A stretch of DNA of 64,000 nt from the human T2T-CHM13v2.0 reference genome, Homo sapiens, in assembly GCF_009914755.1 (NCBI RefSeq), contig NC_060941.1; one strand, given 5' to 3'. A program made the position numbers and the translations under genes. The notes under the pieces are model-generated. The model saw nothing but the letters and a program-made list of their open reading frames with translations. It was not told the DNA's origin and ran no database searches. This document shows, piece by piece, positions 1-15,000 of the stretch. Numbering within the stretch: the first letter of the stretch is position 1; each line of letters starts with the position of its first letter.

Positions 1-3000
1 AGTCAAACCGAAAGTATTGGCATGGAATGGAATCGAATGGAATGTAATGGAATGGAATGAAATGGACTCGAACGGAATGGAATGGAATGAATTCGAATGG
101 AATGGAATGGAATGGAGTAAAATGGAATGGACAGGAATGGTATGCAATGCAATTGAATGGACTCAAAAGGATTGCAAGGGAAAACAATGAAATGGAATGG
201 AATGGACACATAAGGAATGTAATGGAATGAAATGTGCTGAAATGGAATGGAATGGAGTGGAATGGAAAAAAATGAAATAGAATGGACTCGAAGGGAATGC
301 AGTTGAATTGAATGTACCCGAAAGCAATGGAATGGAATGGAACGCTTTGGAAGGGAATGGAATGGAATGAAATGGAAAAGACTCGAATGGAATGGAATGG
401 AATGGACTAGAATGAAATGGAATAGAATGGAATGGAATAGAATTGAATGGAGTGGAATCGACTCGAGTGGAATGGAATGGAATGGACTCGAATGAAATGG
501 AATGCTGTGGAATGGACTCGAAGGGAATGCAATGGAATGGAATAGACTCGAATGGAATGGAATGGAATGAAATGGAATGATATGGAATGGACGGGAATGA
601 TATGGAATGTACGTGAATGAAATGGAATGAAATAGAATGGATTTGAATGGAATCATATGGAATGGAATGGAATGGAAAAGAATAAAACACTCAAATGAAA
701 TGGAATGGAATGGACTCAAAATGAATGGATTGGAATGCAATGGAATGGAATGGAATGGAATGAAATGCAAAGGACACAAATGAAATGGAATGAAATAGAA
801 TAGATTCGAATGGAATGGAATGGAATGGAATACAACGGACTCAAAGGGAATGGAATGTAATGGAATCGAAATGAATGTAATGGAATGGAATGGACCCGAA
901 AAGAATGGAATGGAATGGAATGGAATGAAGTGCCCTCGAATGTTATGGAATGGATCGGAATGGACCCAAATGAAATGGAATGGACTCAAATGGAACGGCA
1001 TAGAATGGAATCGACTCGAGTACAATGGAATGGAATGGAATGGATTCGAATGGAATGGAATGGACCTGAATGGAATGGAACAGAAGGGAACGGAATGGAA
1101 TGGAACGGAACGGACTCGCATGGAATGGAATAGATTCGAATGGAATATAACGCAATAGATTCAAATGGAATGGAATACAATGGAATGGGCTCGATTGGAA
1201 TGGAATAGAATGGACTTGAATGGAATTCAATGGACTCAAAAAAATGGAATGAAATGTAATGGAATGGAATCGAATAGAATGCAATGGAATTGATTAGAAT
1301 GGAATTGAATGGTGTGATCACGAATGGAAGGGGTAGATTGGAATGGATTGGAGTTGAATAGAAATGAATGGATTGCACTCAAATGGAATGGAATGGAATG
1401 CAATCTAATGGAATTGAATGGAATGGATTCAAATGGAATAGCATGGACTGTAAAGGATTCGAAAGCAATGGAATGGAATGGACTCGAATGGAATAGTATG
1501 GACTCGAATGGAATAGAGTGGAGTAGACTCCAATGGAATGGAATGTAATTAAATGGACTCAAACAGAATCGAATGGAATGGAATGGAATGAACTCGAATG
1601 GAATGGAATGGAATAGAATGAAATGTACACGAATGGAATGGAATGGAATGGAATGGATCATACTGGAATGGAATGGAATGGAATGTACTGGAATGGAATG
1701 GAATGTACTGGAATGGAAAGGAATGCAATGTAATTGAATGGAATATACTGGAATGGAAAGGAATGCATTTGAATTGAATGGACCGAAAAAGATAGAATGG
1801 AATGGAATGGAATGGAATGGACTCGAATAGAATGGAAAGTATAAGAATGGAATAAACTAGAATGGAATGGAATGGAATGGAATGGAATGGAATGGAATGA
1901 AATGGACTCGAATAGAATGGAATGGAATGGAAAGCCCTGGAATGGAATGCAATTGAATGGAATGGAATGCATTTGAATTGAATGATCCCGAAAGAATGGA
2001 ATGGAGTGGAATTAACTCGAATGGAATGGAATGGGATGGAATTAAAAGGATTCTAATGGAATGGAATGGAATGGAATGTACTGGAATGGAATGGAATGGA
2101 ATAGAATGAATTTGAAATTAATGGATTCGAAAAGAATGGAATGGAATGGAATGGAAGGAAGTGTCCTCGAGTGGAGTGGATTGGATTGGAATGGACTCAA
2201 TTAAAATGGAATGCAGTAGAATGGATTGGAATAGAATGGAATCGACTTGAGTGCAATGGATTGGAATGGAATTGATCCAAATGGAATGGAATGGACCCAA
2301 AATGAATGGAATGGAAAAGAATGGAATGGAATGGAACAGAATGGAATGGACTCACATGGAGTGGAATAGACTGGAGTGGAATAGAATGGAACAGACTCGA
2401 ATGGAATGGAATGGAATGGAATGGAATGGACTCGAATGGAATGAAATAGAATGGACTCAAATGGAATTCAAAGGACTCAAAAGGAATGGAATGGAATGCA
2501 ATGGAATGGAATCAAATGGAATGTAATGGAATTGACTCGAATGGAACTGAATGGAGTGGCCTCGAAAGGAAGGGGTGGAATGGAATGGACTGGAATTGAA
2601 TCCAAAGGAATGGATTTGGCTCAAATGGAATGGAATGGAATGGATTCGAATGGAATTGAATGGAATGGATTCAATTGGAATAGCATGGAATGGAATGGAC
2701 TCGAAAGCACTGGATTGGAATGGACTCCAAAGGAATAGATGGACTCGAACGCAATAGAGTGGAAAGGACCCAAATGGAATGAAATGGAATTGGACGTACT
2801 CGAATAGAATGGAATGTAGTGGAAGGGAATCAACTTGAATGGAATGGAATGGAATGGAATGCAATGCATTTGAATTGAGTAGACCCAAAAATATGGAATG
2901 GAATGGAATGCAATGGAAACGAATGGAATGGATTTGAATGGAATGGACCTGAAAAGAATGGAATGTAACGGAATGGAATGAAGTGACCTCGAATGGAATT

Positions 3001-6000
3001 GAATGGATTGGAATGGACTCGAATGAAATGGAATGGACTCGAATGGAATGTAATAGAATGGAATCGACTCGAGTGCAATGGCATGGAATGGAATGGAGAT
3101 GAATGGAATGGGATGGATTCGAGTGGAATGGAATGGAACGTTATGGAACGAAATGGAATGGAACGGAATGGATTCACATGGAATGGAATAGACTCGAATG
3201 GAATTTAACAGAATAGACTCGAATGGAATGGAAGGAAATGGATTGTTCTCCAATGGAGTGGAATAGAATGGACTCGAATGGAATTTAATGGACTCGAAAG
3301 GAATGGAATGGAATGCAATGGAATGGAGTCGAATGGATTGCAATGGAATTGACTCGAATGCAATTGAATGGAGTGGCCGCGAATGGAAGGGGTGGAAAGG
3401 AATGCAATGGAATTGATTGGAAAGGAAAGGATTGGGCTCAACTGGAATGGAATGGAATGGAATAGAATGGAATGGATTAGAATGCAATGGAATGGAATGG
3501 ACTCAATTGGAATAGCATGGAATGGAAGGGACTCCAATGCAATGGAATGGAATGGACTCGAATTGAATGATATGGAATCGAACGGAATAAAGTGGAATGG
3601 ATTCCAATGGAATGGAATGGAATTGAATGGACTCGAATAGAAAGGAATGCAGTGGAATGGAATGAACTTGAATGGAATGGAAAGCAATGTAATGAAATGG
3701 ACTCGAATGGAATCGAATGCAATGTAATGTACTGGAAAGGAATGGAATGGAATGGAATTCAAATGAATTGAATGGAACCGAAAAGATGGAATGGAATGGA
3801 TTGGAATGGACTGGAAGGAAATGGAATGGAATGGAATGGATTTGAATGGAATCAAGTGGCCTCGAATGGAATGAATGGATCACAGTGGATTCGAATGAAA
3901 TGGAATGGACTCGAATGGAATGGAATAGAATGGAATACACTGGAGTGCAATGGAATTGAATGGATTCAAATGGACTGGAATGGATCCGAATGGAATGGAA
4001 TAGAACGGAACGGAATGGAACAGAATGGACTCGCAAGTAATGGAAAAAAATCGAATCGAATAGACTCGAATGGAGTGGCATGCAATGGAATGGACTCTAA
4101 TGGAATGGAATAGAAAGGACTCCAATTGAATGGATTGGAAAAGAATGGAATGGAAAGGACTCGAATAGGTGGAATGGAATGCAATGGAATGGAATGAAAT
4201 GGAATGCAATGGATTTGAATGGAATGGACCACAAAAGAATGGAATGGAATGGAAGGGAAAATGTGGCCTCGAATGGAATGGAATGGATTGAAATGGACTC
4301 GAATGAAATGGAATTCACTTGAATGGAATGGAATACAATGGAATCGAATCGAATGCAATGGAATGGAATGGAATGTATTAGCATGCAATGGAATGGACCC
4401 AAATGGAAAGGAACGGAACAGAACGGATTGGAATGGAACAGAACGGAATGAACTCGCATGGAATGGAATAGATTCCAATGGAATAGAACGGAATGGACAC
4501 GAATAGAATGGAATGCAATTCAATGGACTTGAATGGAATGGAATATAATGGACTCGAATGGAATTCAATGTACTCAAAGGAATGGAATGGAATGCAATGG
4601 AATGGAATCGAATGGAATGCAATGGAATAGACTCGAATGGAATTGAATGGATTGGCCACGAATGGAAGGGACTGCAACTGAAGGTAAAGGAATGGATTAG
4701 GATCAAATGAAATGGAATGGAATGGAACGGAATGGAATGGAATGGATTCGAATGGATTTCAATTGAATGGATTCAAATGGAATAGCATGGAACCGAATGT
4801 CCTCGAATGCAATGGAATGGAATGTACTCGAATGGAATGGTATGGAATCGAACGGAATAGAGAGTACTGGACTCCAATGGAATGGAATAGAATTGAATTC
4901 ATTTGAATAGAATGGAATGTAACGGAATGAAATGAACTCGAATGGAATGGAATGGAATTGAATGGACCCGAAAAGAATGCAGCGGAATGGCATGGAATTA
5001 AGCGGCCTCGAATTGAATGCAATGGATCGGAATGGACACGAATGAAATGGAATGGACTCAATCGAATGGAAAGGAACGGAACGGAACAAAACGGAATGGA
5101 ATTGATTTGAATGGAATGGACATGAAAAGAATGGAATGGAATGGCATGGAATGGAATGAAGTGGGGTCGAATGGAATGGAATTGATCGGAATGGACTCGA
5201 ATGAAATGGAATGGTCGGAAATGGAATGGAATAGAATGGAATCGACTCAAGTGCAATGGAATGGAACGGAATGGATTTGAATAGAATGGAATGGACACGA
5301 ATGGAATGGAACCGAATGGAAGGGAACAGAATGGAATGGAATGGAATGGACTCACATGGAATAGAATAGACTCAAACTGAATAGAACGGAATAGACTCGA
5401 ATGGAATGGAATGCAATGGAATGGACTCAAATGGAATGGAGTAGAATGGACTCGAATGGAATTCAATGGACTCGAAAGGAATGGAATGGAATGCAATTCA
5501 AAGGAATCGAAAGGAATGGAATGGAATTGAATCAAATGGAATTGAATGGAGTGGCCACGAATGGAAGGGGTGGAATGGAATGGAATTGAATGGAAAGGAA
5601 AGGATTGGGCTCAAATGGAATGGATTGGAATGGAAATGAATGGACTCAAAAGGAATGGAATATAATGGGATGGAATGGACTCGGAATAAATGAAATGGAA
5701 TGGAATGCAATGGACTCGAGTAGAATGGAGTGGACTCGAAAGCAATGGAATGGACTAGAAAGAATGGAATGGAATGTACCCGAATGGAATGGAGAGTACT
5801 GAATGGAATGGAATAGAATGGATTGGAGAGGAATGGAATAGAATGAAATGAAATAGACTCAAAAAGAATGGAATGGTATTGAATGGAATGGAATGGAATG
5901 GATTGCAATGGATTAGAATGGAATTGACTGCACTTCATTGGAGTGAATGGAATCAAAAGAATGGAATGTTATGGACCCAAATGGAATGGAATGGAATGGA

Positions 6001-9000
6001 GTGGAATGGAATAGAATGGAATGGAACAGACTGGAAGGGAATGTAGTGAAATGGACTCGAAAAGAGTGGAATGGAATATAATGGAATTGAATGGAATGGA
6101 ATGGAATGGAATGGGCTTGAATGGAATGACATGGAATGGAATGGAATGGACTCGAATGAAATGGAAAGGAATGGACTCGAATGGAATAGAATGGACTCGA
6201 GAGGAATGGACTCGAGTGGAATGGAATGCAATGGAATGGAATGGAATGGAATGCAATGCAATCGACATGAATGGAATGGAATGGAGTGGAATGGATTGGA
6301 ATGGAATGGACCCGAATGGAATGGAATGGAATGCAATGGAATGGAACGGAATGGAATGGAACACACTTGAATGGAATGGAATGGAATGGACATGAATGGA
6401 ATGAAATGGAGTGGAACGGAACGAAACGGACTGGAATGGAATGGAATGGAATGGAATTGACTTAAATTCAATAGCATGGAATGGAATGGAATGGACTCGA
6501 ATGGAATGAAATGGAATGTACTCGAATTGAATGGAATGGAATGGAAAGGAATAGAATGGAATAGAATGTAATATAATGGAATGGAATGGAATGGAATGGA
6601 ATGGAATGGAATGGAATGCACCTGAAAAGAATGGAATGGAATGGAATGGAATGGAATGAAGTGGCCTCGAATGGAATGGAATGGAATGCATCGGAATGGA
6701 CTCGAATGAAATCGAATGGACTCACTGGAATGGAATGGAACAGAACGGAAAGGAACGGAATGGAATAGAGTTGAATGAAATGGACCCTAAAAGAATGGAA
6801 TGGAATGGGATTCAATGGAATGGAATGGAATGGAATGGAAAGGAACGGACTCAAATAATATGCAAAGGAATGGAATGCAATGAATTGGAATGGACTCTAG
6901 TTTAATGGAATGGAATATAATGGACTCCAATGGAAAGGAGCGGAATGGATTCGAATGGAAAGGAATGGAATTAAATGGATTCAAGCAGAACGGAATATAA
7001 TGGTATGGAATGGACACGAATGGAATGGAATGTAATGGGATGAAATAGAATCGAGTGGAATGGAATGGAATGGGAAGGAATGGAATGTAGTGGACTCAAA
7101 TGGAAGAGAATTGAATGGACTCGAAAAGAATACATTGGAATTTAGTGTAATGAACTCTAATGGAATGGAATGGAATGGAATGGAAAAATAGAATGGAATA
7201 GAATGGACTGGAATGAAATTAGTTTGCAATGGACTGGAGTGGAATGGAATGGAATGGAATGGTATGGACTTAAATGCAGTGGAATGCAATGAACTCGAAT
7301 GGAATGGAATGGACTCAAACGAAATGGATTTGAATGGACTCGTATGGAATGGAATGGCATTGAACGGATTCGAATGGAATAGAATGTAACGGAATGGAAT
7401 GAACCGGAATGGAATGGAATGTAATGGATTTAAATGTGCTGGAATGGAATGGGATGGAATGGAAGGGAATGGTATGGTATGGAATGGAATGGATTTGAAT
7501 GGAGTAGAAGGAATGGCATGGAATCGGCTCGAGAGGATTGGAATGCAAGGGACTCGAATTGAAAGGAATGGAAACGAATGGAACGGAATGCAATGGAATG
7601 AACTCAAATGCAATACAATGGAATTTAAAGAAATGGATTTCAGTGGAATGGAATGGAATGGAATTGAATGGAATACAATGGAAGAGACTCGAATGGAATG
7701 GAATGCAATGGAATAGACTCAAATGGAATGGAATATAATTGACTCAAATGGAATGGAATGGAATTGAATGGACTCCAAAGGATTGGGATGGAATACAGTG
7801 GAATGGACTCGAATGCAATGGAATAGAATGGAATCAAACGCAATGGAATGCAGTGGAATGGACTCAAATGGAATGGAATGGAATTGACTCGAATGGAAAT
7901 GAATGGACTGGAATGGAATTCAATGGAATGTACCCTAATGGAATGGAATGGAACGGAATTTACTCTAATGGGATAGAATGGAATGGAATTTACTCGAATG
8001 GAATGGAATGGAGTGGACTGAAGTGGAATAGCAGGGAATCAAATGGACTCGAATGCAATGGAAAGGAATGGACTCGAATGGAACTGAATTGACTCGAATG
8101 GAGTGGAGTCGAATGCACTCGAATAGACTCCAAATGAAAGCAATGGAATGGAACCGAATGGAATGTACTCGAATTGAATGGAACGGAATGGAAAGGAACA
8201 GAACCGAATGGAATGGAATGGAATGGAATGGAATGGAATGGAATGGTATAGAATGGACTGGAATGATATACAATGGAATGGACTCGAATAAATTGGAATG
8301 GACTCTAGTTGAATGGAATGGAATGGAATGGACTCGAATGGAAAAACGTGGAATGGATTCGAATGGAATGGAATGGAATTGAAAAGATTTGAATAGAATG
8401 GAATGTAATGTATGGAATGGACACGAATGGAGTGGAATGGAATGGAATGAAATGGACCCAAATGGAATGTAATGAGATTGGAATGGAATGGAAATGAATG
8501 GAATGGAATGGAATGGAATGGAATAGAATGGAATTTACTCGAATGGGTTGGAATGGAATGGAATTTACTCTAATGGAATGGAATGGACTGAAACAAAATA
8601 GCATGGAATGGAATGGGCTCGAATGCAATAGAATGAAATGGACTCTAATGGAATGGAATGGACTCGAATGGAGTGGAGTCAAATGGACTCGAATGGAATG
8701 CAATGGAATGGAACAGAATGGCATGTACTCGTATGGAATGGAACGGAATGGAACGGAACGGAACGGAAAGGACTTGAATGGAATGGAATGGAATTTAAAG
8801 GAATGGAGTCGAATAATATGCAATGGAATGGACTCAGATGAATAGGAATAGACTCTAGTTGAATGGAATGGAATAGAATGGAGTCCAAAGGAAAGGAGTG
8901 GAATGGATTTGAATGGAATGGAATGGAACTGAATGCATTTGAAAAGAAAGGAACGTAATGGAATGGAATGGACACGAGTGGAATGGAATGTAATGGAATG

Positions 9001-12000
9001 AAATGGTCTCGAAAGTAACGGAATGGAATGGACACGAATGGAATGGTGTAGAATGAAATGGAATTGAATGGAATGTACACAAATTATATGGAAGGGAAAT
9101 GAATGGATTCGAATGGAATGGAATGGAACGGAATGGTATTGAATGGAATGGTATGGAATGAACTACAATGGAAGGGAATGGACTCGAATAGAATGGAATG
9201 TAATGGAAAAGGCTCGAGTGGAATGCAATGGAATAGAATGGCCTCGAATGCTATGGAATGGAAAGGAATCGACTCGATTGGAGTGGAATGTAATGGAACC
9301 GAAGGGAATGCAAAGGAAAGGAATGGAATGGACCCAAATTGAATGTAATGGAATCAAATGGAATGGAATCGAATGGGATGGAATGTATTGGAATGGAATC
9401 AAATGGAATGGATAGGAATGGATACGAATGGAATGGAATGGAATGGTCTCAAGAGGAATGGAAAGGAATGTAATGGACTTGAATGGAATGGGAATGGACT
9501 CGAATGGAATGGAAAGCAATGGACCCGAATGGAACAGATTGGAATGTTATGGTATGGAATGGAATGGAATGGATTTGAATGGAATAGAATGAATGGAATG
9601 GAATGGATTCATAATGTTTGGAATGGAAAGGACTCGAATGGAATGGAATGGACATGAATGGAACGGAAAGGAATGGAATGAACTCGATTTGAATACAGTG
9701 AAATTCTATGGAATGGACTCGAATGGAATGGAATAGAATGGAATGGAATGGAATATTATGGAAGAGACTGGAATGGAATGGAATGGAATGCAGTGGACTC
9801 AAATGGAAAGGAATGGAATTGACTCAAATGGAATGGAATGGAATTGAATGGACTCGAAAGTATTAGGACAGAATAAAGTGGAATGGACTCGAATGGAATG
9901 GAATGCAATGGACTCTAGTGCAATGGAATGCAAAGGAATGAACCCAAATTGAATGGAATGCAATTGACCCAAATGGAATTGAATTAAATGGAACTGAATG
10001 GAATGGAATGGAATGGATTGGAAAGGAATGGAATGGAATGGAATGGATTGGAAAGGAATGGAATGGAATGGACTCGAATAGAATGGAATGGACTTGGCTC
10101 AAATGGCATGGAATGTAATGGAATGGAAAAGAATGGAATAGAATAGAATGGACTGGAATGTAATGAGTTTGGAATGGAATGGAATGGATTCAAATGGAAT
10201 AGCATGGAATGGAATTGACTCAAATGCAATGGAATGCAATGGACACGAATGGAATGGAATGGACTCAAATCGAATGGATATGAATGGACTCGTTTGGAAT
10301 GGAATGGCATTGAATGTACTCGAATTGAATGTAATGTAATGGAAAGGAATGAACCCAAATGGAATGGAATGTAATGGAATGAAATGTGCTGGAATGTAAT
10401 GTAATGGAATGGAATGGAATGCAATGGAATGGAACGGAACGGAATGGAATGCAATGGAATGGAACGGAATGGAATGGAATGCAATGGAGTGGAATGGAAT
10501 GGAATTTACTCGAATGGCATGGAATGGAATGGAATTTATTCAAATGGAATGGAATGGAATGGACTGAAATAGAATAGCATGGAATGGAAAGGACTCGCAT
10601 GCAATGTAATGGAATAGACTCGAATGGAATGGAATCGACTCAAATGTAGTGGAGTCGAATGGACTCGAATGGAATGCAATATATGGAACAGAATGGAATG
10701 TACTCAAATGTAATGTAATGGAATGGAATGGAACGGAACTTAACAGAATGGAATGGAAAGGAAAGGAACAGAATGGAATGGACTTAAATGGAATGGAATG
10801 GATAGGAATAGAATGGAATGGAATGGAATGGAACGGAATGGAATGGAACGGAAAGGAACGGAATAGAATGGAGCGGAATGGAATGGATATGAATGGAATG
10901 GAATGGAATGGAATAGACTCGAATAATTTGAAATGGAATGGACTTGAATGAATTGGAATGGACTGCAGTAGAATGGAATGGAATAGAATGGACTCCAATG
11001 AAAGGACTGGAATGGATTCGAATGGAATGGAATGGAATTGAATAGATTTCAATAGAACGGAATATAATGTTATGGAATGGACACTAATGGAATGGAATGT
11101 AATGGAATGAAATGGACTCGAATTGAATGGAATTGAATGGACTCAAATGGAATCGAATGGAATGGAAAGTACTCAAATAGTATGGAACGGAATTGAATGC
11201 ACTAGAAAGGACTGGAATGGAATGGAAGGGACTCGAATGGAATGGAATGGAATGAACTCCAATGGAATGGAATGGACACCAGTACAACGGAATGCAATGG
11301 AAAGCACTCAACTGGAATGGAATAGAATAGAATGGCCACGAATGGGATGGAATGGAATGGAATGGACTCAAATGGAATGGAATGGACTTGAAGGGAGTTG
11401 AGTCGAATGGACTAGAATGGAATGCAATTTAATGGAACCGAATGGAATGTATTCGAATGGAATGGAATGGAACGGAATGGAACGGAATGGAATGAAACTG
11501 AACGGACTGCATTGGAATGGAATGGAATTTACTTGAAAGTGATGGAATGGAATGGAATTTACTCGAATGGATTGAAATGGAATAGCATTGAATGGAATTG
11601 ACTCAAATGCAATGGAATGGAATGGACTCGAATGGAATGGAATGGACTCGAATGGAGTGGAGTCGAATGGACTCCTATGGAATGCAATGGAATGGAACCG
11701 ATTTGAATGTACTGGAATGGAATGGAATGGAAAGGAATGGAATGGAATGGAACAGAATGGAACGGAATGGAATGGACTGGAATGGAATGGAATGGAATGG
11801 AATTTACTCGAATGGGATGGAATGGAATGGAGGTTACTTGAATGGAATGGAATGAACTGAAAAGTAATAGAATGGAATGGAATGGACTCAAATGCAATGG
11901 AATGGAATGAACTCGAATGGAATGGAAAGGGCACGAATGGAGTGGAGTAGAATGGACTCGAATGGAATGCAATGGAATGGAACCGAATAGAATGTACTCA

Positions 12001-15000
12001 AAAGGAATGGAACGGAATGGAATTGAATGGAACAGAAGAAAACGGAAAGGAATGGAATGGACTCGAATGTAATGGAATGGAATGGAATGGACAGGAACGG
12101 AATCGAATGATATGCAATGGAACGGACTCGAATGAAATGGAATGGACTCTAGTTGAATGGAATGGAATAGAATGGATTCCAATGGAAAGAATTGGAATGG
12201 ATTCGAATGGAATGGAATGGAAGTGAATGGATTTTAATAGAACGAAATGAAGTGGTATGGAATGGACAAGAATGGAAAGGAATGTAATGGAAACTAATGG
12301 ACTCGAATGTAATGGAAAGGAACGGACTTAAACGGAATGGAATGGTATGCAATGGAATGGAAAGGAATGGAATGTACTCGAATTGTATGGAACAGAATTG
12401 AATGAACTAGAAAGGAATGGAATGGAATGGAATGGACTCAAATGGAATGGCATGGAATGAACTCCAATGTAATGGAATGGACTCGAACAGAATGGAATGG
12501 AATGGGAATGAATTGACTGGAATGTAATGGCTTCGAATGGGATAGAATGTAATGGAATGGACTCGAATGCAATGGATTGTAATGGAACCGAAAGGAATGG
12601 AATGGAACGGAATGGAATGGACCTGAATGGAATGGAATGGAATGAAATCGAATGGGATAGAATGTATTGGAATAGACTCGAATGGAATGGATAGGAAAAG
12701 ACCCAAATGGAATGGAATGGAATGGTATAGAGTGGAATGGAATGCAATGGAATGGACTCAAACCGAATGGAATGGACTCGAATGGAATGGAAAGGAATGG
12801 ACCCGAAGGGAATGGAATGGAATGGAATGGAATGGAATGGAATGGAATGGAAGGGAATGGTATGGTATGGAATGGAATGCTTTTGAATGGAATATAATGA
12901 ATGGAATAGAATGGACTCGAAAGGATTGGAATGAAATGGACTTGAATGGAACGGATTGGACATGAATGGAATGGAATGGAATGAACTCGAATGGACTACA
13001 ATGGAATTTTATGGAATGGACTCTAATTTAATGGAATGGAATGGAATTGAATGGAATAGAATGGAAGAGACTCGAATGGAATGGAATAGAATGGAATGGA
13101 CGCTAATGAAATGGAATGCAATTGATTCAAATGGAATGGAATGGACTCCAAAGGATTGGGATGGAATACAGTTAAATGGACTCGAATGGAATGAAATGGA
13201 AAGGACTCAAATGCAATGGAATGCATTGCAACGGACTCAAATGGAATGGAATGGAGTGGAATGGACTCGAATGGAATGGAATGTACTGGAGCCGAAAGGA
13301 ATGGAATGCAATGGAATGGACCAAATATAATGGAATTGAATGGATTGGAATCTACTGGAATAGAATGGAATGGAATGCAATGGAATGGAATGAAATTTAC
13401 TTTAATGGGATAGAATGGAATGGAATTTACTCTAATGGAATGGAATGGAATGGACTGAAATGGAATTCTATGGAATGGAATGGACTGAAATGCAATGGAA
13501 TGGAATGGATTCGAAAGGAAAGTAATGGACTCGAATGGAGTGGAGTCGAGTTGACTCAAATGGAATGCAATGCAATGGAAGCGAATGGAATGTACTCGAA
13601 TGGAATGAAACGGAATGGAAAGGAATGGAACGGAACAGAACGGAATGGAATGGACTCTGGAATGGAATGGAATGGAATGGAGTGGAATGGACTCGAATGG
13701 CATGCTATGGAATGGACTCAAATGAATTGGAATCGACTCTAGATGAATAGAATGGAAGGGATTGTAATGAAATGGAATGGAATGGAATGGAGTGGAATGG
13801 ACACAAATGATACGCTATGGAATGGACTCGAATGAACTGGAATGTACTCTACTTGAATGGAATGGAATAGAATGGATTCCAATGGAAAGGATTGGAATGG
13901 ATTCGAATGGAATGGAAAGGAATTGAATGGATTTGAATAGGATGAAATGTAATGGTATGGAATGGACACGAATGGAATGGAATGTAACGGAATGGAATGG
14001 AATGTACTCTAATTGTATGGAACAGAATTGAGTGGACACGAAAGGAATGGAAAGGAATGGAATGGACTCGAATGGAATGGAATGGACTCAAATAGAATGG
14101 AATGTAATGGAAAGGACTTGACTGGAATGCAATGGAATGGAATAGAATGGCTTCGAATGGGATGCTATGGAATGGAATGGAATGGACTCTAATGGAATGG
14201 GATGTAATGGAATCAAAAGGAAGGGAATGGATTGGAAGGGAATGGACCCGAATAGAATGGAATGGAATGGAATGGAATGGAATGGAATGGAATGGAATGG
14301 AGTGTACAGGAATGGACTCGAATGGAATGGATAGGAATGGACACGAATTGAATGGAATGGAATGGTCTCGAGTGGAATGGAATGGAATATAGTGGACTCA
14401 AATGGAGTGTAATGGACTCGAAGGGAATGGAAAGGAATCGACCCGAATGGAATGGAATGGAATGGAATGGAATGGAATGGAATGGAAATGAATGGCATGG
14501 TATGGAATGGAGTGGTTTTGAATGGAATAGAATGAATGGAATGGAATGGACTCAAAAGGATTGGAATGGAATGGACTCGAATGGAATGGAATGGAATGGA
14601 CTGGAATATAATGGAATGGACATGAATGGAACATAATGGAATGGAATGAACACGAATGGAATAAAATGGAATTTAATGGAATGGACTCTTTTGAAATGGA
14701 ATGGAGTGGACATGAATGGAATACAATGGAAAAGACTCCAATGGAATGGAATGCAATGGAATGGACTCAAATGGAGTGGCATGGAATTGACTCAAATGGA
14801 ATGGAATGGAATTGAATGGACTCAAATGGAATGGAATGGAATTGACTCGTATGGAATTGAATGGAATGGACACGAATGGAATGGAATGGAATGGAATGGA
14901 ATTTAATCAAATGGGGTGGAATGGAAAGGAATTTACTCGAATGGAAGGTAATGGATTGGAATGAAATGGAATACCATGGAATGCAATGGACTTCGATGCA

